From: Okeania sp.
GTDB lineage: Bacteria > Cyanobacteriota > Cyanobacteriia > Cyanobacteriales > Microcoleaceae
DNA: 32,000 nt
Assembly (NCBI RefSeq): GCF_035285525.1
Contig: NZ_JAYKGW010000181.1
Span: forward strand, 1-32,000
Direction: 5' to 3'
This document shows positions 1-8,821 of this stretch, in pieces (position 1 is the first letter of the stretch; every line of letters begins with the position of its first letter). Made by a program: the position numbers and the translations under genes. The notes under the pieces were generated by a model. That model was given only the letters and a program-made list of their open reading frames with translations, did not search any database and had not been told where the DNA came from.

Positions 1-1
1 A

Positions 2-151
2 CAAGTCTTCATTTTTGCTAATTCAAAGAAAGCTAGTCAAAAATTGCTCAGTCTTGCTAACGAATATTATTTTGTAGATCAAAAATTACCAGAATTATTT
101 GAGGTACAAACCCAAATTAAGCAAGTAACATCATTAGTATTTACCATTTAA
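2..151 (+). CDS. 3' end of an ORF running off the left edge (49 codons plus TAA); product unknown
   Basis: Frame 2 is open from the window edge to TAA at 149-151 (QVFIFANSKKASQKLLSLANEYYFVDQKLPELFEVQTQIKQVTSLVFTI*). It is too short to assign a family. Confidence 0.3.
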   Translation, partial: QVFIFANSKKASQKLLSLANEYYFVDQKLPELFEVQTQIKQVTSLVFTI

Positions 152-302
152 GTTGGCGAAATTTGTAAATCAACTTAAAAGAGATTATGATTTCATAAAA
201 TCTGCCACTTAGTTATTTTAATTAGAATAATAATCGTGGTAATAGTCTATATTCTGCTGGTTATAAAAAAGGAAAATTTTCTTAGCTAAAGTTTAGAAAT
301 AT

Positions 303-349
303 AAACCCAGTTTTTCTGTTAATTTGACAGGGTTAAATAAACTGGGTTT
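303..349. other. Perfect 11-bp inverted repeat upstream of the HEPN-RNase III gene
   Basis: AAACCCAGTTT (303-313) and AAACTGGGTTT (339-349) are exact reverse complements. The 25-nt loop contains TTGACA (324-329). Function is unknown; it could be an operator, attenuator or terminator of the upstream ORF. Confidence 0.25.
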
Positions 350-477
350 CCCAAAAATTTTAGAAGATTTTTATCTTGATAATTTCAATTTATTCAGCAA
401 TATTAAGTCAGGGTTATTAGAGACAAGTAAAAACTTAGTTGATATAATTTGAGAAAAAGTGCAAGAGTAAACCTAAT

Positions 478-1725
478 ATGACTATTAATAATAATCAAGA
501 AATAATTAACAAATCTTTGAACCTTTTAGCTCAAGGTTTATATCCTTATATTGAACGAGAAATGAAGGAAGTTTATCCTGATAATTGGCTTCAAAAAGCT
601 AAATCTAGTTTACAAGACCAATCAGCAGCAAGAAAATGTAACTTTCCCAAAATTTTCCCTGAAGATGTTTCTTTGCAACTTAAGTTAATCATAAAACAGT
701 GGGATGAAGTCTTCAAAAATAAGTTAAGTAAAAGCAAAATTGCTATAGTAGAAGAACTAATAGAAATTCGTAATAACTGTGCCCATCAATCTTTATTTTC
801 GACTGATGATACTTATGAAGCACTATATTTAATTACTAAATTTATTAAAGCTATTGATGCACCAGAAGTAGCAGAATTAGTAAAAGAAAAACAAGTAGTT
901 TCTAGACTTATCTATCAGGAACAATTTTGCTATGAAGTTCGGCAAAATATTTCTCCAGAAAAAGACAAAAGTATTAGAGATAGATTAGAAACAATACTAG
1001 AAAAAATACCATTTCGAGATGCTTCTCTTTTACAAGATGCTTTGACTCACCCTACATATCTCCAAGAAAATTTGAACAGAGCAAAAAAAGTGAATGAATA
1101 TTCTGATCGTCTAGAATTTCTTGGTCAGAAATTACTATCTTTTTTGAGTGTAGAGTATCTTTACCATCATTATCAAAACAAAAGTAAATCTGAAATAGAA
1201 AGTTTATATTTGACTTTGGTAAAAGATCGGCATTTAGCTAGATTTGCCAGAGATTTAAAAATCGAAAAATATGTATTACTTGGCAAAGTTGAAGAAGTAA
1301 AACAAGGATATGAAAAGAATTTATTACTTAGTCAAGTTTTTACATCAGTTATTGGAGCTTATTATATTGATTCTGGTGTTGAAGCAGTTCGTAATTTTCT
1401 GGAACCAATGTTTATTAATTCTCTAGAAAATCCTATTGATTTAAAAGTAGAAGATTGGGAAATTAAAATAGAAAACTATAATTTTAAAATAGAAAATTCT
1501 AATCCTAAAAATTATTTGCAAGAGTGGGTGCAGAAAAAGGGAAAACCTACACCCAAATATCAAACTCAACAATCTGGTGGTTCAGACCATGAACCTATTT
1601 TTTTATCTGAAGTATTTGTGGCTGATATAAAATATGGTGAAGGTGAAGGAAGCAATAAAAAAGATGCTGAAAAACGTGCTGCTGAAAATGCACTAGATAA
1701 ATTGAAACAAGAAGGATTAATATAG
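478..1725 (+). CDS. Swt1-like HEPN domain fused to a degenerate RNase III domain and a dsRNA-binding domain
   Basis: 415-aa ORF. The N-terminal ~150 aa look like a Swt1-type HEPN domain (LLAQGLYPYIEREMKEVYPDNW...KQWDEVF...VEELIEIRNNCAHQSLFSTDD). The Rx4H motif is R98-N-N-C-A-H103 (nt 769-786). Residues ~176-310 align with the downstream Rnc (LLQDALTHPTYLQEN / DRLEFLGQKLL / LLSQVFTSVIGAYYIDSG). The signature Asp is Gln (Q217, nt 1126-1128). The D..E pair of the second motif is Q286 and T289. The C-terminus is a dsRBD (KNYLQEWVQKKGKPTPKYQ...HEPIFLSEVFV...GEGSNKKDAEKRAAENALDKL). Confidence 0.85.
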   Translation: MTINNNQEIINKSLNLLAQGLYPYIEREMKEVYPDNWLQKAKSSLQDQSAARKCNFPKIFPEDVSLQLKLIIKQWDEVFKNKLSKSKIAIVEELIEIRNNCAHQSLFSTDDTYEALYLITKFIKAIDAPEVAELVKEKQVVSRLIYQEQFCYEVRQNISPEKDKSIRDRLETILEKIPFRDASLLQDALTHPTYLQENLNRAKKVNEYSDRLEFLGQKLLSFLSVEYLYHHYQNKSKSEIESLYLTLVKDRHLARFARDLKIEKYVLLGKVEEVKQGYEKNLLLSQVFTSVIGAYYIDSGVEAVRNFLEPMFINSLENPIDLKVEDWEIKIENYNFKIENSNPKNYLQEWVQKKGKPTPKYQTQQSGGSDHEPIFLSEVFVADIKYGEGEGSNKKDAEKRAAENALDKLKQEGLI

Positions 1726-1754
1726 ATAAATATCAATAAATTTAAGATTGGCAA

Positions 1755-2453
1755 ATGATAGATAAATTACCTGAATTTAAAAATCCAGAACTTTTCCAAC
1801 AAGCTCTAACCCATCGTTCCTATTTAAACGAAAATTCTGGGGAAGAAGACAACGAAAGTCTGGAATTTCTTGGCGATGCTGTACTAGGTTTTTTAGTAGG
1901 AGAATTACTCTATAAAAGATATAAAGAAGAACACGATTTAAAACCTAAGGAACTTACTCGCCTTCGTTCACTTTTAGTAGATGAAAAACAATTAGCAAAA
2001 TTTGCAGTTCAATTAGGGATTGGTGAAAAAATGCGCTTGGGTAAAGGTGCGGAAAAAGATGGTGGTAGACAAAATCCTGCTTTACTTAGCGATACTTTTG
2101 AAGCAATAATTGGAGCTTATTTTCTCGACTCGACTTTAACAAAACTTCGACCTTTTGTGAAGAGACTTTTTCAACCTGTTGCTGATGATATAATTTTCCC
2201 TGATTCTGAGGATAATTTATCACCTAATGATTTGGTAGATACTAAGGGTAAATTTCAACAGTGGGCATTAGCAAAATTTGGAGAAAATCCTCAATATGAA
2301 TCTAATAATGGAGAGGGTCTAGATCATGCTAAAATATTCACTGCTGAAGTTAGAGTTAAGGGGAAATTATATGGTGTTGGTAAAGGGCATCGTAAACAAG
2401 AAGCTGAAAAACGAGCAGCGGAAAAAGCTCTTAAAAAAGTAGGATTAATTTGA
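1755..2453 (+). CDS. rnc: Ribonuclease III (canonical)
   Basis: 232 aa. It has an intact signature ESLEFLGDAVLGFLVGELLY and second catalytic motif LLSDTFEAIIGAYFLDS. The C-terminal dsRBD reads KGKFQQWALAKFGENPQYE...HAKIFTAEVRVKGKLYGVGKGHRKQEAEKRAAEKALKKV. It starts 29 nt after the previous stop, so co-transcription is likely. Confidence 0.95.
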   Translation: MIDKLPEFKNPELFQQALTHRSYLNENSGEEDNESLEFLGDAVLGFLVGELLYKRYKEEHDLKPKELTRLRSLLVDEKQLAKFAVQLGIGEKMRLGKGAEKDGGRQNPALLSDTFEAIIGAYFLDSTLTKLRPFVKRLFQPVADDIIFPDSEDNLSPNDLVDTKGKFQQWALAKFGENPQYESNNGEGLDHAKIFTAEVRVKGKLYGVGKGHRKQEAEKRAAEKALKKVGLI

Positions 2454-2471
2454 GGAAATAAGAAGGAGTTA

Positions 2472-2506
2472 AATAATGAATAATTAATAATTAATAATTA
2501 ATAACC
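2472..2506. repeat. Heptamer tandem repeat (AATAATT)x5 with variant end units
   Basis: Read directly: aataatg aataatt aataatt aataatt aataacc. Confidence 0.9.
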
Positions 2507-2890
2507 AGAGAGTACAAAGTTATCCTAAATAATTATTTGCTTTCAAGACTGAAAATATTACTGGCTATAGTTTTGAATAAAAGTTTTCTAACTTTTGTAT
2601 AACTGAAAAACTTAGCTAGCAATAACTATTCTTATAACTTTGCATTGTGAATTTAAAAATTAATAATTACCTCATACATGGAGAGATTTTATCTCTTAAT
2701 TTTTCGATCAATCAAGCTTTTTTCTACTCTCTGAGAGTTGATAAGTAGTTGTGCAAAATTAATTACAAATACTCTAGGTACTGAAAACCTATATTATAAA
2801 AATCACAGGGAATAAAATTAGATAATTAATTTTGCTTATGCACTTTAGTAAATAAGTTCTGATTTGAAAAAAACTGTAAACATTCAGGTG

Positions 2891-2977
2891 TAGTGGTTTG
2901 GTCTCTAAACCCAAGCCAAAATAGGATTTGGAGACCAAATTTTTACGAGAAAATGTTACAATCTATTTAGGATTTAT
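2891..2977. repeat. Hairpin-containing interspersed element, copy 1 (family also at 5621-5707)
   Basis: GGTTTGGTCTCTAAAC...ATTTGGAGACCAAAT inverted repeat followed by a ...GTTACAATCTATTTAGGATT tail. This is the same architecture and tail as 5621-5707. Confidence 0.7.
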
Positions 2978-3004
2978 AGATAACATTTTTCTTCCTTAAT
3001 TATT

Positions 3005-3574
3005 ATGAATCAAACAGTAGAAAAAATCCGTTGGAATATTTACGACTTAGAAGTATTTCCCCAAAATAAATCAAATAAATATGAAATTATTGATGCAGAA
3101 TTATTCGTGACTAAAGCACCCCACCGCCGACATCAACAAATTTGTGGAAAAATTTTTCGGCAACTTGATATTTGGTCAGAATCTAATAATTTAGGTGAAG
3201 CTATTCTTGCTCCTGATATTATTTTTTCTGAGTCAGATAATGTTTCCCCAGATGTGGTTTGGGTAAGCAAAGAAAGACTATCTCAAATTGAAGATGAAGC
3301 AGGTCATTTGACAGATGCACCTGAATTAGTAATAGAGGTATTATCTCCTGGGAAAAATAATGAACGTCGAGACAAGGAATCAAAATTAAAATTATATTCG
3401 GTGGAGGGAGTAAGAGAGTATTGGATAGTTAATCGTTTCACTAAACAAGTAGAAGTTTATCGGCGACAAAATGCCAAATTAATTTTAGTGGCTACTCTCT
3501 TAGATGGAGAAGAAATAACAACTCCATTGCTACCTAATTTTTGTTGTTCTATCAGTCGTTTTTTTCCAGATTAA
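3005..3574 (+). CDS. Uma2-family (DUF820) restriction-endonuclease-fold protein
   Basis: 189 aa with the typical Uma2 layout: YEIIDAELFV...SPDVVWVSKERL...APELVIEVLSPG...KLKLYSVEGVREYWIVNRFTKQVEVYR. This is a PD-(D/E)xK-like D...E-V-L-S core. The family is highly expanded in cyanobacteria. Confidence 0.85.
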   Translation: MNQTVEKIRWNIYDLEVFPQNKSNKYEIIDAELFVTKAPHRRHQQICGKIFRQLDIWSESNNLGEAILAPDIIFSESDNVSPDVVWVSKERLSQIEDEAGHLTDAPELVIEVLSPGKNNERRDKESKLKLYSVEGVREYWIVNRFTKQVEVYRRQNAKLILVATLLDGEEITTPLLPNFCCSISRFFPD

Positions 3575-3671
3575 ACAAATTGATAAAATTGGAAAATTTA
3601 TGAATCTTGTTAGCAATATTTCTCTTAAAAATTACTCAAAAAAAGAATAAAATCATCAACTATCCCAGTAT

Positions 3672-3906
3672 ATGCCAAAACTAGATATTATTCACAATTA
3701 TGTTAAAAATGCACTAATTAAAGATGGATGGATAATTACTGACGATCCTTATTTATATCATTGAATATGGAAAAACCAAACTCTATGCTAATTTAGATGT
3801 AAAACGTCCTATTCCTGCGGAACGAAACGGGTAAAAACTGGTTGTTGAAGTGAAAAGTTTTGCAGGTACATCAAAATTACAAAATTTAAAAGAAGCTCTT
3901 GGTTAA
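3672..3906 (+). pseudogene. xisH: Degenerate xisH-like gene (fdxN-element excision controlling factor XisH family)
   Basis: ATG at 3672 gives MPKLDIIHNYVKNALIKDGWIITDDPYLYH*. After a frame change it continues IEYGKTKLYANLDVKRPIPAERNG*KLVVEVKSFAGTSKLQNLKEALG*. This matches the remembered XisH pattern (..KD.YH..VKNALIKDGW.IT.DPY....AE..G.K.VVE.KSF.G) but is broken by at least one frameshift and in-frame stops. No xisI follows. Confidence 0.65.
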
Positions 3907-4222
3907 GCTGAAAAAGTAAGTATTTTTTTATTTTTAGGAAGCAGGGAGAAATGGGATTTTGTAGAGGAGATAGGAGTTATAATTATTCCTTTTTTAATCT
4001 ATTATTTTTTCTTAATTATATCTTTGCCTATATTCAATTTCATATTTCTGTCTCAGGTAAAGTTTCTACTGAAAACAATGATTTGACAACTAACAACTAA
4101 AAAGTTAAATTATTTTCCTGAATTGAGCTAACATTAGCTGGAATCTATACAATAGATTCATTTAACATCAATTATGATAAGTTAAGAATAGTTAAGCAAA
4201 TTTACAGTAGGAGGTGAGTCCC

Positions 4223-4564
4223 ATGTTTAAACAACAGAATCACAATCTCAAGGTTGTTAAACTGACAGAAGGAATCTTAGTCCGTACTCAACTTAAAAGT
4301 GCTTATATTCCTGCACTGCGTTCTGGATTTGCAGGATACCCAGTTAATCCTCGTTGGAGTGGGGTAAAATATTCAGCTTGGAAGACAGGAAGACAATGGC
4401 GACAAGCTTTGATAAATGGAGAAATGGTAGTGCGTTCTATTGACTCAATATTGGTGTCTGTCGATGAAATTTCAGATTCAGAAAAAGAATCTTATTCTGT
4501 AGATTGGGGCTACCAAAATTCATTCCTAGATAATTTAATTGGGCGACAAAAATTGACAGTTTAG
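4223..4564 (+). CDS. Hypothetical protein, no family recognised
   Basis: The ORF track begins at GTG 4214, but AGGAGG at 4209-4214 sits 8 nt upstream of ATG 4223, which is the more likely start. A 13-bp perfect hairpin follows at 4645-4676. The product is Trp/Arg-rich (RWSGVKYSAWKTGRQWRQAL). Confidence 0.55.
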   Translation: MFKQQNHNLKVVKLTEGILVRTQLKSAYIPALRSGFAGYPVNPRWSGVKYSAWKTGRQWRQALINGEMVVRSIDSILVSVDEISDSEKESYSVDWGYQNSFLDNLIGRQKLTV

Positions 4565-4644
4565 CTGTTTTGTGCGATGGTCTAGAATGACGGATTTTAT
4601 GGTTGCGTAAAAATTTACCCGAATGTTTCATACGATACCTATTG

Positions 4645-4676
4645 CCCCACAGAAACTTTCTCTAGTTTCTGTGGGG
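4645..4676 (+). terminator. Stem-loop downstream of ORF 4223-4564, a possible intrinsic terminator
   Basis: CCCCACAGAAACT (4645-4657), loop TTCTCT, AGTTTCTGTGGGG (4664-4676): a perfect 13-bp stem. The trailing TAATTTCAGTT is only moderately T-rich. Confidence 0.45.
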
Positions 4677-4682
4677 TAATTT

Positions 4683-4710
4683 CAGTTATCAGTTATTAGT
4701 TATCAGTACC
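4683..4710. repeat. Heptamer tandem repeat (CAGTTAT)n
   Basis: cagttat cagttat tagttat cagtacc. This is the reverse complement of the ACTGATA arrays at 7766-7807 and 8856-8876. Confidence 0.85.
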
Positions 4711-5095
4711 TCTGGTTGAATGTGAGTGCATTCCGTAGGAAAGCATCGGGATTAAAATGCTGTGGGGAGGCACATACCCCAAGTTTTAGGTAATATTATA
4801 ATATAGAAATTATATTTTAATTTGTGCCAAGAATTATGCTACTTTTTAGGAATTAAGTTTCGAGGTAATGCTTAGTAGGTAATATCATTTCTCTATAAAA
4901 ATACGCTTAATATTCTTACCCAGACCTGATTTTTTTAACAACTGTTACCTTTTATTAAGTGCAATTTCATGGAAAAATGGTACAATAGTGTCAAAGTTTC
5001 TTTCTACTTTTTTAATTCTGACAAAATAAGCGCCGATTGCTTAGTTTTCATCATCAATTATTCATTATCCATTATTAATTATTCATTGATTAAAG

Positions 5096-5536
5096 GTGCT
5101 GATGTTTACCCAAAATAGTAATAATCTTACTGTTACTCAAGCTGAAAAAATTCTCTATGAATTTACTTGTCAAGATATGAAATTAGTAGAATCACAAGAA
5201 GAAAAGGCTATTACTCGTGCTGCAATCTTGTTATTAACTAATTCTTCTGATTATCAAATGTTAGGAATTTGTGCTAATTCAACTACTGAAGCTTTATATA
5301 CTTTAGCAAGTTATTTAGAAGCTTTAGAATATAATACTACTCTGATGAATGAGTCTAATTTTAATTCAATTGAAGGAGCTGTTTATCTGAAATTTAATGG
5401 TATCAAAGAGTCATATCTGATAGAATCCTATACTGGAAAATATCGGGGTGTATTAGTTTCTTGTCAATCTGATGCATCGACAGGAGTTAATGGCACTTAT
5501 GGTTATTTACCATTAGATTTATTTACTGATTATTGA
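5096..5536 (+). CDS. Conserved cyanobacterial hypothetical protein, possibly DUF1824 family
   Basis: 146-aa ORF. An alternative start is ATG 5102, with AAAGG 5 nt upstream. The motifs SDYQMLGICA, YTGKYRGVLVSCQS and YGYLPLDLF match my memory of DUF1824 proteins. The family name is unverified. Confidence 0.6.
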   Translation: MLMFTQNSNNLTVTQAEKILYEFTCQDMKLVESQEEKAITRAAILLLTNSSDYQMLGICANSTTEALYTLASYLEALEYNTTLMNESNFNSIEGAVYLKFNGIKESYLIESYTGKYRGVLVSCQSDASTGVNGTYGYLPLDLFTDY

Positions 5537-5562
5537 AGAAGGAAGAAGGAAGAAGGAAGAAA
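5535..5562. repeat. Heptamer tandem repeat (GAAGAAG)x4 overlapping the stop codon of the preceding ORF
   Basis: gaagaag gaagaag gaagaag gaagaaa, read directly. It has the same unit as the long array at 18350-18493. Confidence 0.9.
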
Positions 5563-5620
5563 TTTTTCACAAAATGGTATTACTGATATAGCAATATGAA
5601 ACCATTTGTGAGAAAAAACT

Positions 5621-5707
5621 ATAGGGGTTTGGTCTCCAAACCAAAGTGTCAAGAGATTTGGAAACCAAACCCCTGCAATAAAATCTTACAACCTATTTAG
5701 GGCTTAC
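5621..5707. repeat. Hairpin-containing interspersed element, copy 2
   Basis: GGGGTTTGGTCTCCAAA ... TTTGGAAACCAAACCCC (16 of 17 positions complementary) followed by ...CTTACAACCTATTTAGGGCTT. It is homologous in layout to 2891-2977. Confidence 0.7.
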
Positions 5708-5965
5708 TGATTAAATCTAAAAAATTTGACATATACATATAAAGGTTTTAAGCTTTTTAAGTCCTGATTGATCGGGAACCGTAAAAGTACCTAATTTTTG
5801 ACTATTGTTGTCTCAAAATGGTAAAGTTTTGACTCTGATTATCAGAAAACTTGGCGGTAGCAAAATGTCTAAACTGTTCCCTGTTCCCAGTTAAGTGTTT
5901 CCTACCATAGCTAAAAGACTGAAGAAGCGCAAACCCTATTTACCATTACTATGCATAAAGTGTTT

Positions 5966-6013
5966 CTTTCTAAAAAGAAAAAGGAATTAGAGCATATTAC
6001 CTTAATTCCTTTT
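5966..6013 (-). terminator. Probable intrinsic terminator of glgA
   Basis: AAAAGGAATTA (5979-5989) pairs with TAATTCCTTTT (6003-6013): an 11-bp stem with a 13-nt loop. On the minus strand the stem is followed by TTCTTTTTAG. It lies 13 nt beyond the glgA stop. Confidence 0.55.
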
Positions 6014-6025
6014 CTAAATTATTTA

Positions 6026-7450
6026 CTATTGTTGTACTAACTCAGGCTCTTTCTCTACAACAGTTTCTTCCTCAGGTAATCCGAGTATTGACTTGTACAT
6101 TTTGATGTACTCTTTAGCTGATTTATCCCAACTAAACTCTTCTCTCATACCACGTTGCTGCAACTCATACCATTTATCTTTGAATCGGAAAGCTTCACAC
6201 GCTCGAACCATTGCAGTAAGTAAATCTAGTGGTTCATACCTATCAAAACAATAGCCAGTACCAGCATTATTAATAGGATCATAAAAAGAAACTGTATCCA
6301 CTAACCCACCTGTACGACGTACAATAGGTACACTACCATAACGCATTGCCAATAACTGACTAATACCACAAGGTTCAAACCGACTAGGCATTAAAAAAGC
6401 ATCAGTACCTGCATATATCCGTCGGGAAAGGGCATCATTGTGTAAAAGTTGGACACTCATCCGGCCTGGGTAACGAGTTGCTATCTGCCACATTTGGGTT
6501 TCATAGAAGCGATCGCCAGTACCCAACAAAATAAACTGACTATCAGTATAAGCCATAAATCGATCCAAGACTTGCAGCATCAAATCAAGTCCTTTTTGCT
6601 CCACCAGTCGGGAAACCATACCCACTAAAAAGGTGTTTTTGTTAACTGCAAAACCTACCTCTTCTTGCAGAGCAACTTTATTTTCAACCCGTTTTTCCAG
6701 AGTATCGACATTATAAGTTTGAGCTATATATCTGTCAGTAGCTGGATTATAATAACTCATATCAATACCATTGAGGATACCCTGTAGTTTACCGCCGATA
6801 AAAGACATTAAACCATCTAGACGTTCACCATAAGTAGGAGTTTTGATCTGATTAGCATAGGTAGGAGAAACAGTAGTTACCCGATCAGCAAACTGAACTG
6901 CGGCTGCCATTGTATTATGTCCTTCCATATACCAAGGACACCAAGTAATTCTTTCCAAGTACCAGCGCCAAGGTCCTTGATAAGCTAGGTTGTGAATAGT
7001 AAATACAGTCTTAATATCTGGAGTTTCGTGCATCCAAACTGGAATCATACCAGTATGCCAGTCGTTACAATGAATTATTTCTGGTTTCCAAAGACCATTC
7101 CAGCAAAACTCTGCTGCCCCATTAGCAAATAGAGTGAACCTCCAGTCTTCATCATCTCCATAATAGATACGACGTGGCCAAAAACTAGGATGACCAAATA
7201 GGTATAATGGCACATCACTTTTTGGGAGTACTGTCTCAAAAATCTTGAAGTTTTGATACATAGCAGTTCCTTCCCATACTGGTTCTTCTGGAACTTCCAT
7301 TTTGTCTCCTAAGAAACCATAATAAGGCATAAAGATACGGACATCGTGACCCATTGCTCGTAGTGCTTTGGGTAAGGTACCGACTACATCTGCCATACCA
7401 CCAACTTTTGCTAAAGGACTCACTTCAGCAGACACAAATAAAATTCGCAT
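6026..7450 (-). CDS. glgA: Glycogen (starch) synthase, ADP-glucose type
   Basis: 474 aa. The N-terminal KxGG-type motif reads [30 protein letters not shown]. Also present are [15 protein letters not shown] and the C-terminal [12 protein letters not shown]...GGLVDTV typical of the GT5 GlgA family. Confidence 0.95.
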   Translation of the reverse strand: MRILFVSAEVSPLAKVGGMADVVGTLPKALRAMGHDVRIFMPYYGFLGDKMEVPEEPVWEGTAMYQNFKIFETVLPKSDVPLYLFGHPSFWPRRIYYGDDEDWRFTLFANGAAEFCWNGLWKPEIIHCNDWHTGMIPVWMHETPDIKTVFTIHNLAYQGPWRWYLERITWCPWYMEGHNTMAAAVQFADRVTTVSPTYANQIKTPTYGERLDGLMSFIGGKLQGILNGIDMSYYNPATDRYIAQTYNVDTLEKRVENKVALQEEVGFAVNKNTFLVGMVSRLVEQKGLDLMLQVLDRFMAYTDSQFILLGTGDRFYETQMWQIATRYPGRMSVQLLHNDALSRRIYAGTDAFLMPSRFEPCGISQLLAMRYGSVPIVRRTGGLVDTVSFYDPINNAGTGYCFDRYEPLDLLTAMVRACEAFRFKDKWYELQQRGMREEFSWDKSAKEYIKMYKSILGLPEEETVVEKEPELVQQ

Positions 7451-7522
7451 GATTTTTGAGTTTGCGTTATCTTTTTAATTCTCAATATCGTCATAATACC
7501 TGTATGGGCGCACCTATAGTTT

Positions 7523-7599
7523 AAGTCAGAAGTCAGAAGTTTGAAGAAAGAAGGCAGAAGGCAAAAGGCAAAAGGCAAAAGGCAGAAGGCAGAAGTTAC
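7523..7599. repeat. Heptamer tandem array, 11 units (AAGTCAG/AAGGCAG/AAGGCAA variants)
   Basis: Read directly in the glgA upstream region: aagtcag aagtcag aagtttg aagaaag aaggcag aaggcaa x3 aaggcag x2 aagttac. Confidence 0.9.
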
Positions 7600-7765
7600 A
7601 GCATATTTTGGGCAAATGATGTACAGAGTCAATATTTCTGTTAATTTCCCTCTTTCTTGAAACTTAGGGAATGACTATAGATATAGTGTTGAAAACTGTT
7701 GTACAATAGTTTTTTAACTCTATATATAGTAGATTGACATAAATTCTCTTCTGATATCACCAGAT

Positions 7766-7807
7766 ACTGATAACTGATAACTGATAACTGATAACTGATA
7801 ACTGAAA
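7766..7807. repeat. Heptamer tandem array (ACTGATA)x5 plus a variant unit
   Basis: Read directly. It ends 5 nt before the stop of the 7812-8276 gene. Confidence 0.9.
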
Positions 7808-7811
7808 TAAC

Positions 7812-8276
7812 TTATCCCAAAAACTTAGTTAAATCAAATTCTGTTTCTGACTGAGATTTTTGATATCTTTCAGAAATTAAAACTAATAAAAGCCGCTCTG
7901 AATAATCTGCTGCACCTCGCAGTTCATCTCGTAATATTTCCAAACCTCCGTTGGCATATTCTTCAAATATTTTAATTCGATTTTCTTCTATTTCTTCATT
8001 GTTTTGGGAAAGCATTTTTGTATCTTTTGTGTCGGCGATCGCGATTAATTTAATAATACTTTCGTATCCCCTAGACCAGAATATTTCAATATTAATCGGA
8101 CCTGGTTCTCTTGAAGAAATTTCTGTTAGTGGGATGCGCTTTTTTTTCTTAATAGCTAAAGAGGCAGCAAATACAATTACATCTGCATAGGTTTTGAAAG
8201 GACCTGTTTTTCCTTCTGATTCAGTTAAAGTTTTAACTAAATCTGCTTTATCTTTAGCAATTCTAATTCTGTTCAT
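7812..8276 (-). CDS. Small protein resembling dnd system-associated protein 4 (DNA phosphorothioation-associated), solitary
   Basis: 154 aa: RIRIAKDKADLVKTL...GPFKTYADVIVFAASLAIKKKKRIPL...REPGPINIEIFWSRGYESIIKLIAIADTKD...IKIFEEYANGGLEILRDELRGAADYSERLLLVL. This matches my recollection of the TIGR04062-type family. The assignment is from memory and unverified. No dndA-E, dndFGH or ssp genes are in the window. Confidence 0.5.
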   Translation of the reverse strand: MNRIRIAKDKADLVKTLTESEGKTGPFKTYADVIVFAASLAIKKKKRIPLTEISSREPGPINIEIFWSRGYESIIKLIAIADTKDTKMLSQNNEEIEENRIKIFEEYANGGLEILRDELRGAADYSERLLLVLISERYQKSQSETEFDLTKFLG

Positions 8277-8821
8277 AACTAAAAATTAAATAGGGTTTGT
8301 TGAAAAAGTATTTTGTTTAAGGATAGGAGTCAGAATCGGTAAATCCAGAATTTCCTACGGAATGCTTTGCAAACAAAATAAATAGGAATTATACAGGAGG
8401 TAGTCAGAATAATTTTCCCTTGATTTTCTTTGCTTATCTTGCCCAAAATACGAACTTTTTTACTATAAAAAGATGAAAAACAGGTACTTTTTTCAGACAT
8501 AAAGAAGCTGAAACTTTTATATCTTAATCTTTTCATATTTCCATACGCAAGCCCTAAATATTTATCTTTTCCCTGATAGTTTTAATAACAATTCCTAAAA
8601 TTAATTTTGTGTAAATATTTAGCAGTTATTAAGTAATTAACACAAACAGAATCATATTTTTACTAATTTTATTCATATTTCGGTAGTTCTGTATAGTAAT
8701 TGTATATAGAAAAAACGAATACTTGATACAGGAGAAAGATGCTTTTACTGCCATTATTTCTAACTAAAATAATGAGAATAAACCACCACCCATATTTTTT
8801 TCAGTATTTCAAGCCTCTGGC

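Noticed and set aside
7420-7632. 70-aa minus-strand ORF overlapping the glgA start
   Set aside because: It overlaps the 5' end of glgA in another frame and reads through the heptamer array 7523-7599, which gives the repetitive FCLLPFAFCLLPS peptide. It is an artefact.
8330-8536. 68-aa minus-strand ORF
   Set aside because: It is composed of dispersed-repeat sequence (the TTTCCTACGGAATGC palindromic element and a CCATACGCAAGCCCTAA end motif). No start context is present.
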